From Paraspadella gotoi (lineage: Eukaryota; Animalia; Chaetognatha): a stretch of 64,000 nt of DNA. Position numbers and translations under genes: made by a program. The notes below the pieces were generated by a model. It saw nothing but the letters and a program-made list of their open reading frames with translations, had not been told where the DNA came from and searched no databases. How positions within the stretch are numbered: position 1 is the stretch's first letter; each line of letters begins with the position of its first letter. This document shows, piece after piece, positions 1-15,400 of the stretch. The stretch is from positions 284,148-348,147 of the forward strand of contig CM119264.1 of assembly GCA_051294375.1 (NCBI GenBank). The letters are read 5' to 3'.

Positions 1-1696
1 TACTAAGTCACTTTTCGGTGGTAAGTTCCGTCGGGTCCTGTTCTGTCCGTGATTATAACTCGCGCTATAGTTGGTTCTCATTGTGGGTTAAGGGGACAGG
101 GAAAAAACGCAAAGTCTAAGGGAAACGAACCAAGTGGTCGCCTTCTGTTATTTGAAAAGAAAATTGTCATATAAGGGCTATAAAAAAAATAAAATAAAAT
201 CGGAAAATACACAAGAAATATAGCGGGATAATGATATCGCTGCGGCGCGAACGGACAACATGGTTTGACTTTTCGTTTCTTGTTTTCTTTGTTAGGCCGT
301 TGTTTAACGTTTGGACTCATGGAAAGATCATTACGCGCTGTTCGTGTTCCCATCTTTGCCTACTTTTTTGTGTAAATATATTTTACGGGCGTTTTCGGCA
401 GCTCTATATAAAAACGCCCCATTTTAAACTTAAATTAAAATTTTAAATTGTTTTTAGATTTTTAGATAATATTGTGGTTGAAGGCAGAGTGGAGTAGTGT
501 TCATGGATTAGGGGTTGAGCGGGATGGTTAGTGTAATTTGTTAGGGTTACGGTGTTGGGGTTAAGGTGTTGTTAGGTTAGGGTAAGGTTGAGGAAAATAA
601 GGTTTGGATTAGGAAATTGAGATTGAAGGGATCAGAATTAAGGGATAGATAAGGTGAGAGATTAACGAATTAGGATTAGGGATGGGAAAGAGGATTATGG
701 GAACAGATGTTAGGATCGGGATATTGGAGTTGAAATTGAGGGTCAAAATCTGTTTGGCTAGTCGTGTGCGTGCAATCGTCGCATCGTGCCGTCTTCGTCG
801 TGCTACGTCTAATCATTAGCTTGATCTTTGTTTTTTTCGAGATGTTCGTTTCCGGTAGTCTGGCCAGCGAGGGTGCGCTGGCCGGTCGGTGGCGCCTTGG
901 AAGTTCAGTTGTTTTGTTGGTGTCGAAAATTGAGGGTTAGATATTGTCCGTCTTGAGCCGCTTAGAATCAACTGATTGGTCCCACTCTCTCGTTCTTGTA
1001 GCCTCTTCCTGGTCGTTTTCTCGTCTTCGGTTCTCGCCTCTCTTTTTCTTTCTTCTATCTCTCTCTTTGTTCCCGTCTTCTCCTCTCTCGTCTCTCTCCG
1101 CCCTCCCTCTCTGCCTTTAACTCGCTCTGCTCTCTCTCTCGTGCCTTCTCTCTGTTGCTGGTCGTCTCTCCTCCGATCCTCATCTGTTCTTTCTGCGTCT
1201 AGCTTTCTCTTTTCTCCCGGCACGCGCTATACGTTCTCGTCCATCTCTCTCTCTCTCTCTCTCCGTCCTCTCGTCTCTCTTCACTCTTCTCGTCGTCTCT
1301 CTCGCTCTCTCTCGTCTCTCTCGCTCTCTCTCTCTGTCCTCTCTCGTCGTATAGTTCGTCTCTCTATGTCTCTCTCTTCGGATCGTCTCGTCTGCTCCTG
1401 TCTCTCGTCTCTCCCTCTCTCACCTCTGGGCTCGTCGTCTCCTCGTTCTTCTCCTCTCTCTCTCTCGTCTCCCCTGCCTCCGCCACGGTCTAGGACTCTC
1501 TGCTCTCTGCTCGGCTCTCTGCTCTGCTCTCTCTCTCCTCTCTCTCCTCTCTCTCTCCTCTCTCTCTTCTCTCTCTCTCTCCTCTCTCTCTCTCCTCTCT
1601 CTCTCTCTCCTCTCCTCCCCTCTCTTCAGCAGTCAGCCATCCTGTGACCAAGACACCGCCAACCAACGCGAGAAAACCCGGCCCAACCCGCTGCTC

Positions 1697-4600
1697 GACG
1701 ACGACCGACGACGGACGACCGACCGACGACGGTTGACGCAACCGCACCGGGACGACGACGACGCACGACGACGACGGACGACGACGTCTGACGACGGACG
1801 TTGAGAACGACCGGACGCCACGACGACGACGACCGACCGACGTGACGCACGACGTCTGACGACGGGACGACGCAACGACGACGACGAACGCCACGACGAC
1901 GACGCACAACCGTTAGACGACGGACCGACCGACGACGACCGCCACGAACGACGACGACGACGTTGACACGAACCACGCACACGACAGACCGACGACGCAC
2001 GACGACGACTCGCTTGCACCGACGACGAACGACGACGACATGCTTCTCAGACGACCGACGTTGACGACCGACGACGACGACGACGACGACGGAGACGACG
2101 ACTGACGACCGACGACGACGGACCGACGACGACGCACGCACGTTGACGACCGACGACGACGACGACGCACCGCACAGACGTGACGCACCGACGCGACGAC
2201 AGCACCGGCACGACGCACGACCGTTGACGACGACCGACGACGTTGACGACAGACCCGACACAGACTCGACGACGACGACCCGCACGACCCGCACCTTAGT
2301 TGACGAAACGCACGACGGAACGCACGAACGACCGACGACCCTGTTGACGACGACGACGACGTCCTGACGACGACCGACGACGCACGACGACCGCACCCGA
2401 CCCGTTGACGCACCCGCACGACGACGCACGATCTGACGCACGACGACGAACGTTCCTGACGACGACGACCGACGCACGACGACCGACGCACCGGACACGT
2501 TGACGGACGGACCGACGACGACGACGACGCAGACGACGACGACCGTTGACGACGCACGGACGCACGCCAACCGACGACGACGGACCGTTGACGACGACCG
2601 ACGACACGCTTGACGCCACGAACCAACGACGACGACGACGACGACGGTTGACACCAGACCGGACGCGACGACGACGACGACGACGCTGACCGACGACGAC
2701 CGAACGGACCGCGCAACGACAGTTGACGACGACGACGACGCTTGACGACGCACGACAGACGACGACGCACAAACGACCGACGTACGCACTTCAACATAAC
2801 ACGACGACCGGTACGGCACCCGCACCAGTTGACAGACGAACGACGCCACTGCTTCGCACGACGACGACCCGTATGACGACTGACCGACCGCCGCACGACC
2901 GCGACCGTGACGACGCGACGACGACGCACGACGACGCACGCACTGTTGACCCGACACGCACCGACGACGTTGCACGATCTCTGACGCACGACGACGACGT
3001 TTGACCGATACCGACCCGACGCACGACGTTGACGAACGACGACGACGACGACGCACGGCACCGCGCTTGACAACGACACGTTACGACGCATCGACTCCAC
3101 GCACGCACGACCGACGCACGACGACACCGACGACGACGACCGTTTGACGACGAACCATCGTCTGACGACGACGACACGACGACGACGACCGACGACCGCA
3201 CCCCGTTGACCGCACCACGCACGACGACGACGACGACGACGCGTTGCAGACCAACACCGCACGACGACCGACCCGACGACCGTTGACGACGACGGACGAC
3301 GACGACGACGGACGGACCGTTGACGCACGTACCCACGACCGACGACGACGACGACCGCATATGACGACGACGACGACTGTTGACCGACTGACCGACGACG
3401 ACGACGTTGAACGCAACCAGCGACGACGAAACGACGACCGACGACGACGTTGACGCGACAGCACGACCGTTTGACCGGATGACGACCGAACGAACCGACG
3501 TGACGACGACGAACCGACGACGACCGACCGACGACGACCACACGACGTTGACGACGACGACGACCGCACGCACGACGACGACGCTTGCACCCGACGACGA
3601 TCGACGTGCACACAGATGACCGACGACCGACGACGTTGACAGCGACGAAACGACGACGACGACGAGCCGAACGACCCTGACGAAACAGATTGACGAACGA
3701 CTTGCCACGACGACGACCGACGACCGACGACGACGACGCCACGACGACAAGTCTCTGACCGACCGACGTTATCGACGACGACGACCGACCACCGACCGAC
3801 GCACGACAGACCGTTGACAGATGACCGTTTGACTTACGACGACGACGCACGAAACGGACGACGACCGTCTTTGACGACGACCGGTTGACGACGCCGACGA
3901 CGCACGACGACGCAGACGACAGACGACGATCTGTCCAGACGACCGACGACGACGACGACGACGACGACGACCGGTTGCACGACGACCGTTGACACGACGA
4001 CGACCGACGACCCGCACCGACGACGACGTTGCATCCGACGGACGACCGACGCACGACGCGAACGACGACCGTTGCACGACCAACGACGGACGACGACGAC
4101 GACTGCTTGACGAGCGACGACGACGCACGACGAACCGACGACCGTGACGACGCACGACGCACGACGAACCGACGACGACTGTATGCACGACCGATCGACG
4201 ACCGGTTGACCGATGACAGACAGACCGACGACGAATTGACGCACGACCGACGACGACGCACGACGACGACCTTGCACGCCACGACGACGACTGCTTGCAC
4301 GATGCAACGACGACGACGACGATTGAACGACGACGACGACGACAGCACCGACGCGACGACCCGACTGTTGACGACGCACGACCCGCACGAACGACGACGA
4401 CGACCATTGACCGACGACGACCCACAGTTGCACCGATGACGACCAGACGACGTCGTTGACCGCACGACGACGACGACGACGCCACACGCACGACGACGTT
4501 GCACGACGACCTGTTGACGCACGGCACGACCGACGACGACGCCACGACGCACGGACGACGTACGTTGACGACGACGCCTTGACGACGACGCAACCGGACG

Positions 4601-4730
4601 ACGACGACGACCGACACGCGCACGTTGACGACGACCGTTGACCGACGACCCGACGACGCACCCGACGACGAACGACCCTTGACAGACGACGTTCGACGAC
4701 GACGACGACGACGACGACGCACCGACGACG

Positions 4731-4767
<37 letters not shown>

Positions 4768-4770
4768 CAG
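1697..4770. repeat. 3-kb degenerate (GAC)n satellite with GACC/GCAC/GTT variants, switching to (GTC)n at ~4732
   Basis: Directly visible. Related (GTC/CAT) tract at ~8690-9235. Confidence 0.95.
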
Positions 4771-7024
4771 CGTTGCCTTTTCTCCTCGTTGGGCGGTTCT
4801 TGGTCACAGATGCCGNNNNNNNNNNNNNNNNNNNNNNNNNNNNNNNNNNNNNNNNNNNNNNNNNNNNNNNNNNNNNNNNNNNNNNNNNNNNNNNNNNNNN
4901 NNNNNNNNNNNNNNNNNNNNNNNNNNNNNNNNNNNNNNNNNNNNNNNNNNNNNNNNNNNNNNNNNNNNNNNNNNNNNNNNNNNNNNNNNNNNNNNNNNNN
5001 NNNNNNNNNNNNNNNNNNNNNNNNNNNNNNNNNNNNNNNNNNNNNNNNNNNNNNNNNAGAGAGAGACGTTGTCCGGACAAACAGACGGACATAGGGCTGT
5101 CCGTTCGGTCGTAAAACAAAATCGTTCGGCGTAACGATTTTTCGCCGAAAAAAGGATCGTGAGGTTTGCTGCCGTAGATTCTGCAGCATTCGAAAGTGTT
5201 GTATATGCTGCAGGAATAGAAATGCTAATTTGATAGGAAAGTGATCGACAAATTATAAAATTGGTATTACCAATATAAAAGTTATCCTTTTATTTGATAA
5301 ATTATATATCATGACCCTGACTTTGGACAGGCTTTGGTGGTTTAAGGCCTCTGGCTCTTGGCCTCTTGGCTCGTTTACTCATTTTTTCGCCCGGAAGAAA
5401 CTCCGTATTTAAGTGTTTCTCAATGAATATTTGCTTTACAATAAAAGTCCCACATTTTTCTCTCGGAATCTCACGTTAAGCAGTTCGACCGGGTGAAATC
5501 ACGAACGTTCATCTCCGCAAGATAATGAAATAGCAGGTCCCTGCTCGTTGTGTGGATCAACCACAGTTGGAGTTTATTTTGTGGTCGATATGATTTTTTG
5601 TGGATCATGTGGTCATTAGAATCTTTCTCTGGGGAGAGAGAAAGAGAGAGAAAGAGAGAAATTATTTTCATTTATATCCTAGTTTTCTACAAAATTCCAG
5701 TGGCTGAGCTAAAACTTGTTGATCGATAGTAAAACCCGTAAGCATGGTTCCAAGCCCAGGACCCGTTCCATGGCTGCTTAGGGGGCATAAAAGTTACGGA
5801 TAGTAGTTTTTCAGCCCACTTAGCGCCTTAATTGATTGATTTATTAATTAATTAGTTAATTACATAATTAATTAATGCAGATTAATATATTTAATACATA
5901 AAAAGTCTAATGAAATAGTGAAATACTTTTATTGTTTGTTTTTAATTTGAACTCATTTTCACTTTCACGATTCCTTCAAAACTTTATATTCATCTCAATC
6001 ACATCTTTTCCTACATACACACAAATTTTTCACTCCAATCCTTCCATCCAATGTAAAGGGGGACGGACAGACAGACAGCACAGAAAGACGTATGGATGTA
6101 AATTTATTTTTTTGCATAATTTATCATAAATCGATGTTCTGACATGATCTGAGTAAACTTTTACCGACTAGATCATTTTAGGGGTGGGACCGACAGGATC
6201 GCGAAAGGTGAACATAGAAAGTCGGACCGGAATCTGATAAAGTTATNNNNNNNNNNNNNNNNNNNNNNNNNNNNNNNNNNNNNNNNNNNNNNNNNNNNNN
6301 NNNNNNNNNNNNNNNNNNNNNNNNNNNNNNNNNNNNNNNNNNNNNNNNNNNNNNNNNNNNNNNNNNNNNNNNNNNNNNNNNNNNNNNNNNNNNNNNNNNN
6401 NNNNNNNNNNNNNNNNNNNNNNNNNNNNNNNNNNNNNNNNNNNTTTCAGAAACTGGAGATCAAGTTTATTTGGGTGAGAAAATGAAAATGACTCATTCAC
6501 TGTGAAATGGCCCCACAGTGTTTTTACGGGGGATGAGGAGGAGAAGGAAGGGATAAAGGTGAGAACAAGTTTAATTTATTAATTTATTATTTCATTAATG
6601 GTTCCATTTTAAACATTACTGTCTTTTGTTTTTGTTGAACTTTAATAGTTTAGTTTTTACTTGTTTATCGTTTTCCAGTTTTTTTCACTGTTACTAATTC
6701 TGATTTTGTCAATACTGTTTTTGGTATTGATAAAATAAGATGAAGGGTAGGGAGCGGGTAAGTCAAAAAAATCTCAGTTAACTCGAGGCGGAGAGATTCT
6801 TGGAGAGAACGTGATCAGCCGAAGGATAACATTTGGGGATTTTATGCTGCAAACATGATCTCTCTTTGCTTTCTTGTTTTTGCTTTTTTTGCTTTTTTTT
6901 GCTTTTTTGCTTTTTTTAGCTTATTTCTCTTTTCTTTTTCTTCTTCTTTTTTCTTCCTCAGATTTTCCTTCTTTTTTTTTATTTTTCTAGACATAAAAAT
7001 CATTTTATTTCCTTTCTCTCTGCC

Positions 7025-7137
<113 letters not shown>

Positions 7138-7146
7138 TTTTTTCAG

Positions 7147-7310
7147 CCAACCGCCTCCTACGTTTCAGCCAATCGGCTAAAACTCTCCTATCCCCGATCA
7201 CCCTCAGCTTTCAGCCAATCGGTTCAAACTCACCACTCCCCCAATCGACCCAATGTCCAAAAGGAGTCCTCGTCAGCATCAAGAGTTTATGCAACTGCAG
7301 ATTGCAGAAG
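7147..7310 (+). CDS. Possible host exon
   Basis: Strong acceptor (CT)n-TTTTTTTTCAG; open frame NRLLRFSQSAKTLLSPITLSFQPIGSNSPLPQSTQCPKGVLVSIKSLCNCRLQK; weak donor AAG|GTCATT. Confidence 0.35.
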
Positions 7311-7874
7311 GTCATTTGCATTTCCCACTTTTTCTTCCTTCATCGAAAACTCTTGTTGCAGAATCAAGAAAACAAGACAAGAGGAGACAAAACAAAAACA
7401 AAACAAGACCAATGTCGATCAACGAGACAGAGACAAAGACAATGACAGAGACAGACCAACGAGACAGAGACAGAGACAGATCAACGAGACAGAGACAGAG
7501 ACGTTCGTTGCTGATGGCGATTAATTTGTTTCGCCGTCGATTCGATTTTTGTTTTTTCGCCTCAAGCGACGACGAAAGGAAAGTTTTGACGGAACAACAA
7601 GAACAAGAACAAAGTGAACAAGAACAACAAGAACTACAAGAACATGAACAACAAGAACAAGATCAACAAGAACAAGAACAACGAGAAGATGAACAACGAC
7701 ATTAAGAACAACAACAAGAACGAAAAGAGACACAAAAACAAGAACAACAAGAACAAGAACAACGACAACAAGAACAACGAGGAAAAGAGTGATTTACAAT
7801 AATTTAAACTTTCTGCTTCGCAATAAAAATGACCAAAATAGTAACATCCTTATCTTCTTTGACCCTCGAGCAGC

Positions 7875-8030
7875 AATGGAACGGGTCCTGAGCTTGGAAC
7901 CATGGAACGGGACCTGGGCTTGGTACCATGGAACGGGTCGGGGCTTGGTACCATGGAACGGGACCTGGGCTTGGTACTATGGAACGGGACCTGGGCTTGG
8001 TACCATGGAACGGGTCCTGGGCTTGGAACC
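7875..8030. repeat. 26-bp tandem repeat CCATGGAACGGGACCTGGGCTTGGTA (~6 copies)
   Basis: Directly visible; one inverted copy at ~5743-5773. Confidence 0.9.
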
Positions 8031-8289
8031 AGAAGGTTAACGTCCGCTTCCCGCATTGTAGCAACTCAATGAGCCAACGGGTCACGACTGAAGGTTACAT
8101 GCTTGTAGGCGGGTGAACTTATTGCAATGGCTGATTACAATATCATCGACAATAAAAAAAAACAATGGATTTTTTCGATTCGTTCTCTCTCCTAACAACA
8201 ACAACAACAACTAAAATGAGACACAACAACGAACTTACCCAAATTCTAAGTGAAAAATCCGCTGACCCCAACTATAAACATTCCCACCT

Positions 8290-8568
8290 TCTTCACTCGC
8301 CCACTCACTTGCCCACTCACCCACTGACTTACCCACTCGCCCACTCACTTTCCCACTCTCCCGCTGACTTACCCACTCGCCAACTGACTTACCCACTCGC
8401 CCACTGACTTTTTCACTCGCCCATTGACTTATCCACTCGCCACTGACTTACCCACTCGCCCACTGAATTACCCACTCACCCACTGAGTTACCTACTCACC
8501 AACTGACTTAGCCACTCGCCCACTGACTGCTAACTCGCCCACTGACTTACCCACTCGCCCACTGACTT
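8290..8568. repeat. 20-bp tandem repeat CCCACTGACTTACCCACTCG (~14 copies)
   Basis: Directly visible. Confidence 0.9.
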
Positions 8569-9404
8569 CGGTTCTCTAAATCGAAGCGCGATTCGATTTC
8601 TCGCGACAAAAAAAGGAAAAAAAGAAAGTTAGTCATTTGGTCTCGAGCGTCTCAGCTGGTTTCGTAAAGGGAAAGGGAATTTTCATGCGTCGTCGTTGTG
8701 GTCGTCGTTCGTCGTCGTCTTCGTTCGTCGTCGTCTTCGTTCGTCGTCGTCTGTCGTTCGTCGTCGTTAGTTTTGTCATCATTCGTTTGTCATTATCGTC
8801 GTTAGCGTCATCGTCATTGTTCGTTCGTCATTGTTCGTAGATGTTCATCATCATCGTTCGTCGTTGTCGTTCATCGTCGTCTTCTTCGTCGTCGTTTAGT
8901 TTTGTCATCATTCGTTGTCATTATCGTTCGTTTAGCCGTCATCGTCATTGTTCGTTCGTCATTGTCTTGTTCGTAGATGTTCATCATCGTCGTTCGTCGT
9001 TGTCGTTCATCGTCACCGTCGTCGTTCGGCGTCATCGTCGTTCATCTTTATTCGTTGTCGTTGTCGTCGTCGTCGTTTGTCATTCGTTGACGTCTTTTGT
9101 CATCATTCATCTTTCATCGTTGTCGTTTGTCGTCGTCGTTCGTCATCATCGTCATCATTTGTTCGTCATTTGTTCGTCATTCGTCTTTGTTCATGTATGT
9201 CCGTCGTTGTCATTGTCGGTCGTCGTCGTCGTCGTTTCTCCCGATTCGCATATTTACCGATTGGAAATGGAAATTCTATCGCGTTTCTGACTGTAAGTGC
9301 TCCGTCGTGATGCAAAAGGCGGTGCTTACTGTACTCGTTTACAGCGGAAAACGATTATTTCTACTGAAATCGAATTCGAGAAATTTTTTTTAAAACCCGC
9401 GACG

Positions 9405-9822
9405 CTTGTAGAAAATGAGAAAAGGAGGAAGAGGAGAAGGATTCAGGGCACTCTTTTCCGAGAGTCCCCCATTTCTGTAGAAAATTAGAAAAGGAGGAAA
9501 ATGAGAAAGATTTAGGGCACTCTTTTCCGAGAGTCCCCCATTTCTGTAAAAAATAAAAAAATGAGGAAGAGGAGTAGGATTTAGGGCACTCTTTTCCAAG
9601 AGTCCCCCTTTTCTGTAGAAAATTAGAAAATGAGAAAGAGGAGAAGGATTTAGGGCACTCTTTTCTAAGAGTACCCTATTTCTGTAGGAAATTAGAAAAT
9701 AAGGAAGAGGAGAAGGATTTAGGGTACTCTTATCCGAGAGTCCCCCATTTCTGTAGGAAATTAGGAAATGACGAAGAGGAGAAGAATTTAGGGCACTCTT
9801 TTCTGAGAGTCTCCAATTTCTG
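9405..9822. repeat. ~69-bp tandem repeat (~6 copies)
   Basis: Unit TTTCTGTAGAAAATTAGAAAA..GAGGAGAAGGATTTAGGGCACTCTTTTCCGAGAGTCCCCCA recurs every ~69 bp. Confidence 0.9.
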
Positions 9823-10577
9823 TTTGTTTTACATCATTAGCTCAGGATAATTTTTCAATATATTAAATGAAACTGGTACAACCAAAATAAAGGCCTCCAT
9901 CACTCTTGAAAGATAAAGACATAGTAGGTCACTGCCAGTTTTCTATCAAGACTCTCTCATAGTCTCGTTTATTTACTTCCAGAGTACCTGGCTTCCCTTC
10001 AATGAATGTTTCAATTGTATAAAAGGAAAACATGTTTGTTTAACATCTTTTTCAAAATTTTTTTTCTTTTTTCTATTAGTCACTTTTCGGTCGGTTTGTT
10101 GATCCACCGCATATAATTCGCTTATAGTGGGTTGCTCATTTGTTATGGTGGAAAAAAACTCAAATGTAAGGCACTGCTAGCGCCGCCTTCAGGAAATCCT
10201 AAAACTATAAGGAAAAAAACGGTATTCCGATGCAGTGCGGGTTATAAAAATACGGGCTTAGAAAGTTTTTTAGTCATGTCATGTCATGGCATGTCATGTC
10301 AATGATCAAAGGAAAATACAAATAAAAATAAAGTCACTGCGGTGCAACACATTGGATGAACCAATCTTGTTTTAATTTACAACAGCATTGTACAAGGAGG
10401 AAAGAATTACTAGGCGAATTATAAATTATTTATTTATGTGTGTTTTTTTTTTAAGTTTAAACGAGGAAAAAATTTTGGAAAAAAAATGAGAAAAAAACGT
10501 AAATTTGCGTAAAATCCCTGAGGTAATTATTACAGTTGAGAAGTGAAAGAGAGAGAGAGAGAGAAGAGAGAGAAGAG

Positions 10578-10627
<50 letters not shown>

Positions 10628-10921
10628 GGGAGAGAGGTTAGAGTGGAGGTAGGTAATGGTAGGATGGAGAAAGAGAGGAGAAAGGAAAGAGTAAAGCTGA
10701 AGTAAAATGTAAAGAGGAAGAGAATAGGAAAAAGAAAGAAAGTAAGGAAAATTTAGAGTAGAAAAGAAATAAAAAGGTTATTTCCTCCTTCTCTCTCTCT
10801 CCTATCTCTCTCTCTTCTCTTTTTTTTTACTCCAAAAAAAACGTTTTTGTCAAGAGAGTTGTGAGGCGGAGGGAAAGGCGGCGCTAATTTATGGAAATTT
10901 AAAGGGAAAAAAGAGAGAGAG

Positions 10922-10957
<36 letters not shown>

Positions 10958-11658
10958 AATAGAGAGAAAGAGAATGAGAGAGAGATAGAGTAGAAGATAG
11001 AGTAAGATAGGAAGGAGTGAGAGGGATAAGGGAGAAGGAAAAGGTCGACAGACAGACAGAAAGACAACACAGACAGAGAATGATTGAATGAATGAATGAA
11101 TGAATGAAATGAATGAATGATGAATGAATGAAGAATGAATGAATGAATGATGAATGAATGAATGAATAATATAAACGAATACAGCCTTGGGCACGCCTTT
11201 TGGCGGACTATGTACCTTTTGGTCTCAGATATTAATTATCGTTACGCATATACAACAGATGACTGTTCAACATTTAAGATACTAAACATTACACGGAATA
11301 AGTTGTAGACACGATTTTTAGTAGGTGGTATGGACATACCGTAAAATTTAAGATAACAATGATTAGATGTTCTATCCTCTTGGTAACAAATGTAATTGGA
11401 GATTTGTAGTCTTAGGGTCGTCAAGTTCAATTTCTTCTAAGATGTCTCGAAAAAGTAAATTGTTTTTTGATGATGTTTTCGAGCTTCCTTTGGCTCTTGA
11501 GTTGATTTTGTTTTTGAGGGCGGGATGGAGAAAGAAGAAAGCAAGAGAAACAAAATCAGAACAGACAGACAGACAGAGACAAGATGCTGAGCGAAGTTTC
11601 TTTGTTTGTTGCGATTTCGACCTGAACCGGAAATGTTCTCCATAAAGGATTCGATGAG

Positions 11659-11690
<32 letters not shown>

Positions 11691-12687
11691 GAGGAGAGAG
11701 AGAGAGAGAGAGAGAAGAGAGAGAGGAGTGGTCTAGAATGGACGGTGATAGGAATATTAATGACATAAACAAACAAAGGAATGGAAGCTGACGTCCCGGA
11801 TGACATGATGATGAATAGACAGAATAGTGGATCAAAACAAACTAGAAAGCAAAGTAGAACAAATTATGTTAAAAATTGAAAGCATTTTTAGTAATCTAAA
11901 AGTAGAAGTATACGAGACGCATATGGAATTTTTTTCTTCTGGCCTAGCATTACAACCATTATTGATGGTTTTTAAATAATAAATGCACAAAACTGGTAAA
12001 AATGTGGGTTTAAAAGTGTTAAATCCATTTAATTAAGGAACGGAAGAAATAACATGCAAATTATTAATAAGATCAAAGAAGAAAAATATAAAAAAAATAG
12101 ATTAGAGAGTTGCAGTTCACACATGGTGCATCGATTATCGATATCAATTCGTATCACAAGTGATTTTGAAAAACAAGCTTGGAGAAAAGTGTTAGTTTGT
12201 TTTTTACGTTTTGATGTTTGGGGTTTTTTTTGTTTTTTTTGATATTTTATTTAGTTTCCTATAAAAGGAAGTTTATTATTATTTATATATATTCATTTAT
12301 TTTTTGTATGAATTCCTTGAAAAATCAGTCTTTTTTTAGAACAAAAAAAAATTGTGGATTCTCAACGAAATGCGACTAAGCAGTCTGAAAACCGATTCCA
12401 TCAATCAGTACGCGGAAAGGTATAAGAGATGAGAAGAGAGAGAAAAGATGAGAAGATGATGAGAAGAGAGTAGGAGAGAGATAAGAAGAAGATGACGATA
12501 GAGGAGAGAGCTAGAGAAAGGAACACGTTCCGTTAGCAGCGCGTGATTGAAACTGAGAGAGTAGAGATGAACCGAAAACGCGGACCGGAATGAGAAGATT
12601 GGACTAATGTGGTGCGATAGTGAAGAGAAAGATAGGAGAGGAGAAGGAGGAGAGAGAGAGAGAGAGAGATTTGGAGGAGAGATGAGT

Positions 12688-12719
<32 letters not shown>

Positions 12720-13105
12720 TAGGAGAGGAGAGAGAGAAAAGAGAGAGAGAAAGAGAAGAGAGACGAGAGAGAGAGAGAGAGAGAGAGGAGGAGAGGGAAG
12801 AGAGAGAGAAGAGAGAAGAAACGTCGACAGCGACGAAAGAGAATAAAAGAACAAAACATTTTTTTTATTTTAAAATGCATAAACAGTTAACTTGATGTAA
12901 CTTTATATAATATATTTGTTGAATAATTTTTTTTCTCTCTCTCTCTCTTGTCTCATCTCTCTCTCTCTCTCTCTCTATCTCTCTTTCTCTCTCTCTCGCT
13001 TTTTTTCGTTCCTTTTTCCAATATTTTCAGAAAAAAAAATTCATTTGCTCTTTCTCCCCTTTTCGTCCATTTTCGATATTCGGAACCAAAGATGCAGATA
13101 ACCTT

Positions 13106-13159
<54 letters not shown>

Positions 13160-14481
13160 GTCGCGGAAAATGGGAACAGACAGTTTTCGTGGGCGGTCGA
13201 AGTAAGTTGTCCCAAAAAGAAGGAAGCCCGACGAAGACGAGACGAGAACGACGGACGAGACGACCGACGTCGGGACGTCGGACGACCCACGATGATGAAC
13301 TTAAAGATAAAGATAAAAAAAACGCGGTGGGGAAAAAATGATGATGATGAACGTGATGATAAAGGATAATGATGATGATTATATTTAAGTGATGGATAAT
13401 GATGAAGATGATGAAGATGATTGAAAGATGATGATGATGATGATTGACGATTGATGATACATGATAATGATCGAATGTTGATTGATGATGATGAATAATG
13501 AATGATAATGATAATGATGATAATGTGGATGAACGTGATGATGGATGTGAATGATAATGATGCATGATAAGGATGACGATAATGATGATATTTAGCATAT
13601 GATTTTGAAGATGATGATAATTTATGATGATCGATGAATGATGATGATAATGAATAATGATGATGATGATTATAATACTGATTTATGATAATGGATAATG
13701 ATATAATGATGATTAAGATGAATGACGAGATGATAATGACGATAATGCTAATGGAATGCTTGATTGCTCCATGATGTTGCTGATGATGAAGATGATGATT
13801 GATGATAAGGATGACGATATGATGATAATATGATGATTGATTTTGAAAATGATGATATGATATGATGATGCATGATGACAACCGATGAATGCATAAATCG
13901 ATAATGATGATGATAATTATCGATTGCTGATTATGATGATGATGATGATGAATGATGATGATTATTATGACGATAATGATGATGATGATGAATAATAATA
14001 ATGATGATGATGAATGACGAATACATGACATCGAATGCATGATGATCAATGATGTAGATGGATGATGAAATGATGATGATGATGATGGCCTGCCAGAATG
14101 GGATGTGGGTGATGATAATGATGAATGATAGTGATGATGATGATATAGAAATAATGATATGAGAATGCTGATTATGAATGATGATGGCTATGATGATAAT
14201 CGATGAGCTATGACCTCGATGATGATGATAATAATATGAATAATGCTGGGAAGATGATGATAAAATGCTGAAGATGATGATGATGATGATGATAGATGAT
14301 GATGAATGTGATGATGATAAGATGATGATGATGAGAAGATGATGATCCAGAAACGAGAAACAGAAAAATGTTTCGTCTTTTGTTTCTCATCAATTTTTTT
14401 CCGTCGCCGGAATCTGAAACGCAAGATTGGAAAGATTTACTTTGGTTTTTGGTGTTGAGAGAGAGAGAGAGAGACAGAAGA

Positions 14482-14521
<40 letters not shown>

Positions 14522-14622
14522 AGAGAGTGAGAGAGTGGAAGAGAAGAGCAGCCAGAGAGAGAAGAGAGAAAGAGAGAGAAAGAGAGAGAGAAGAGAAGAG
14601 AGAGAGAGAGAGAAGAGAGAGA

Positions 14623-14681
<59 letters not shown>

Positions 14682-14864
14682 AAGAAGAGTGAGAGCAGTG
14701 AGAAAGAGAGAGACAGACGGAGAGAGAGAGAAAGAGACGAGAATAAGAGAGAGAAGAGACGAGAGAGAAGAGAGAGGGAGAGAGGAGACCTACGTAGAAT
14801 CCGACTTGATAAAAAATGCTGATTCCGAAATTCAGAATAACAATAAAAATTATAGAGGAGTTAA

Positions 14865-15400
14865 GAAAAGAAAAGAAAAGAAAAGAAAAGAAAAGAAAAG
14901 AAAAGAAAAGAAAAGAAAAAGAAAGAAAAGAGAAGAAAAGGATAAAGAAAGCGAAAGAAAAGAAAAAAGAAAGAAAAGAAAAAAGAAAAGAAAAGAAAAG
15001 AAAGAAAGAAAGAAAAGAGAAGAAAAGAGAAAGAAAAGAAAATAAAAGAAAAGAAAAAGAAAGAAAGAGAAAAGAAAAGAAAAGAAAAAGCAAAGAAAGA
15101 AAGAAAAGAAAAGAAGAAAAGAAAGAAAGAAAAAAAAGAAAAAGCAGAAAAAAGAAAAGAAAAGAAACGAAAAGAAAGGAAAAGAAAGAAAATAACAGAA
15201 AAGAAAAGAAAAGAGAAAAAAAAGAAAAAGAAGCGAAAGAAAGAGAAAGAAGAAAAAAGAAAAGAAGAAAGAACCACCTTCAACGAAAAAGAAAAGAAAA
15301 GAAAAGAAAAGAAAAAGAAAAAGAACAAGAAGAAAAAAAAGAAAATAAAGAAAGAAATAAAGAGAAGAAAAAGAAAAAGAAAAAGAAAAGAAAGAAAAAG
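14865..15400. repeat. (AAAAG)n polypurine tract (copies at ~20555-21240 and ~26269-26960)
   Basis: Directly visible; many (AG)n/(CT)n tracts occur throughout the window. Confidence 0.95.

Noticed and set aside
816-5189. Long ORFs up to 1068 aa rich in R/S/V/D/T
   Set aside because: Read-through of (GAC)n and (CT)n repeats and N runs.
7875-9822. CRISPR-like arrays
   Set aside because: Units are head-to-tail with no unique spacers, there are no cas genes, and the context is eukaryotic. The same holds for the arrays at 31.6, 38.8 and 40.5 kb.
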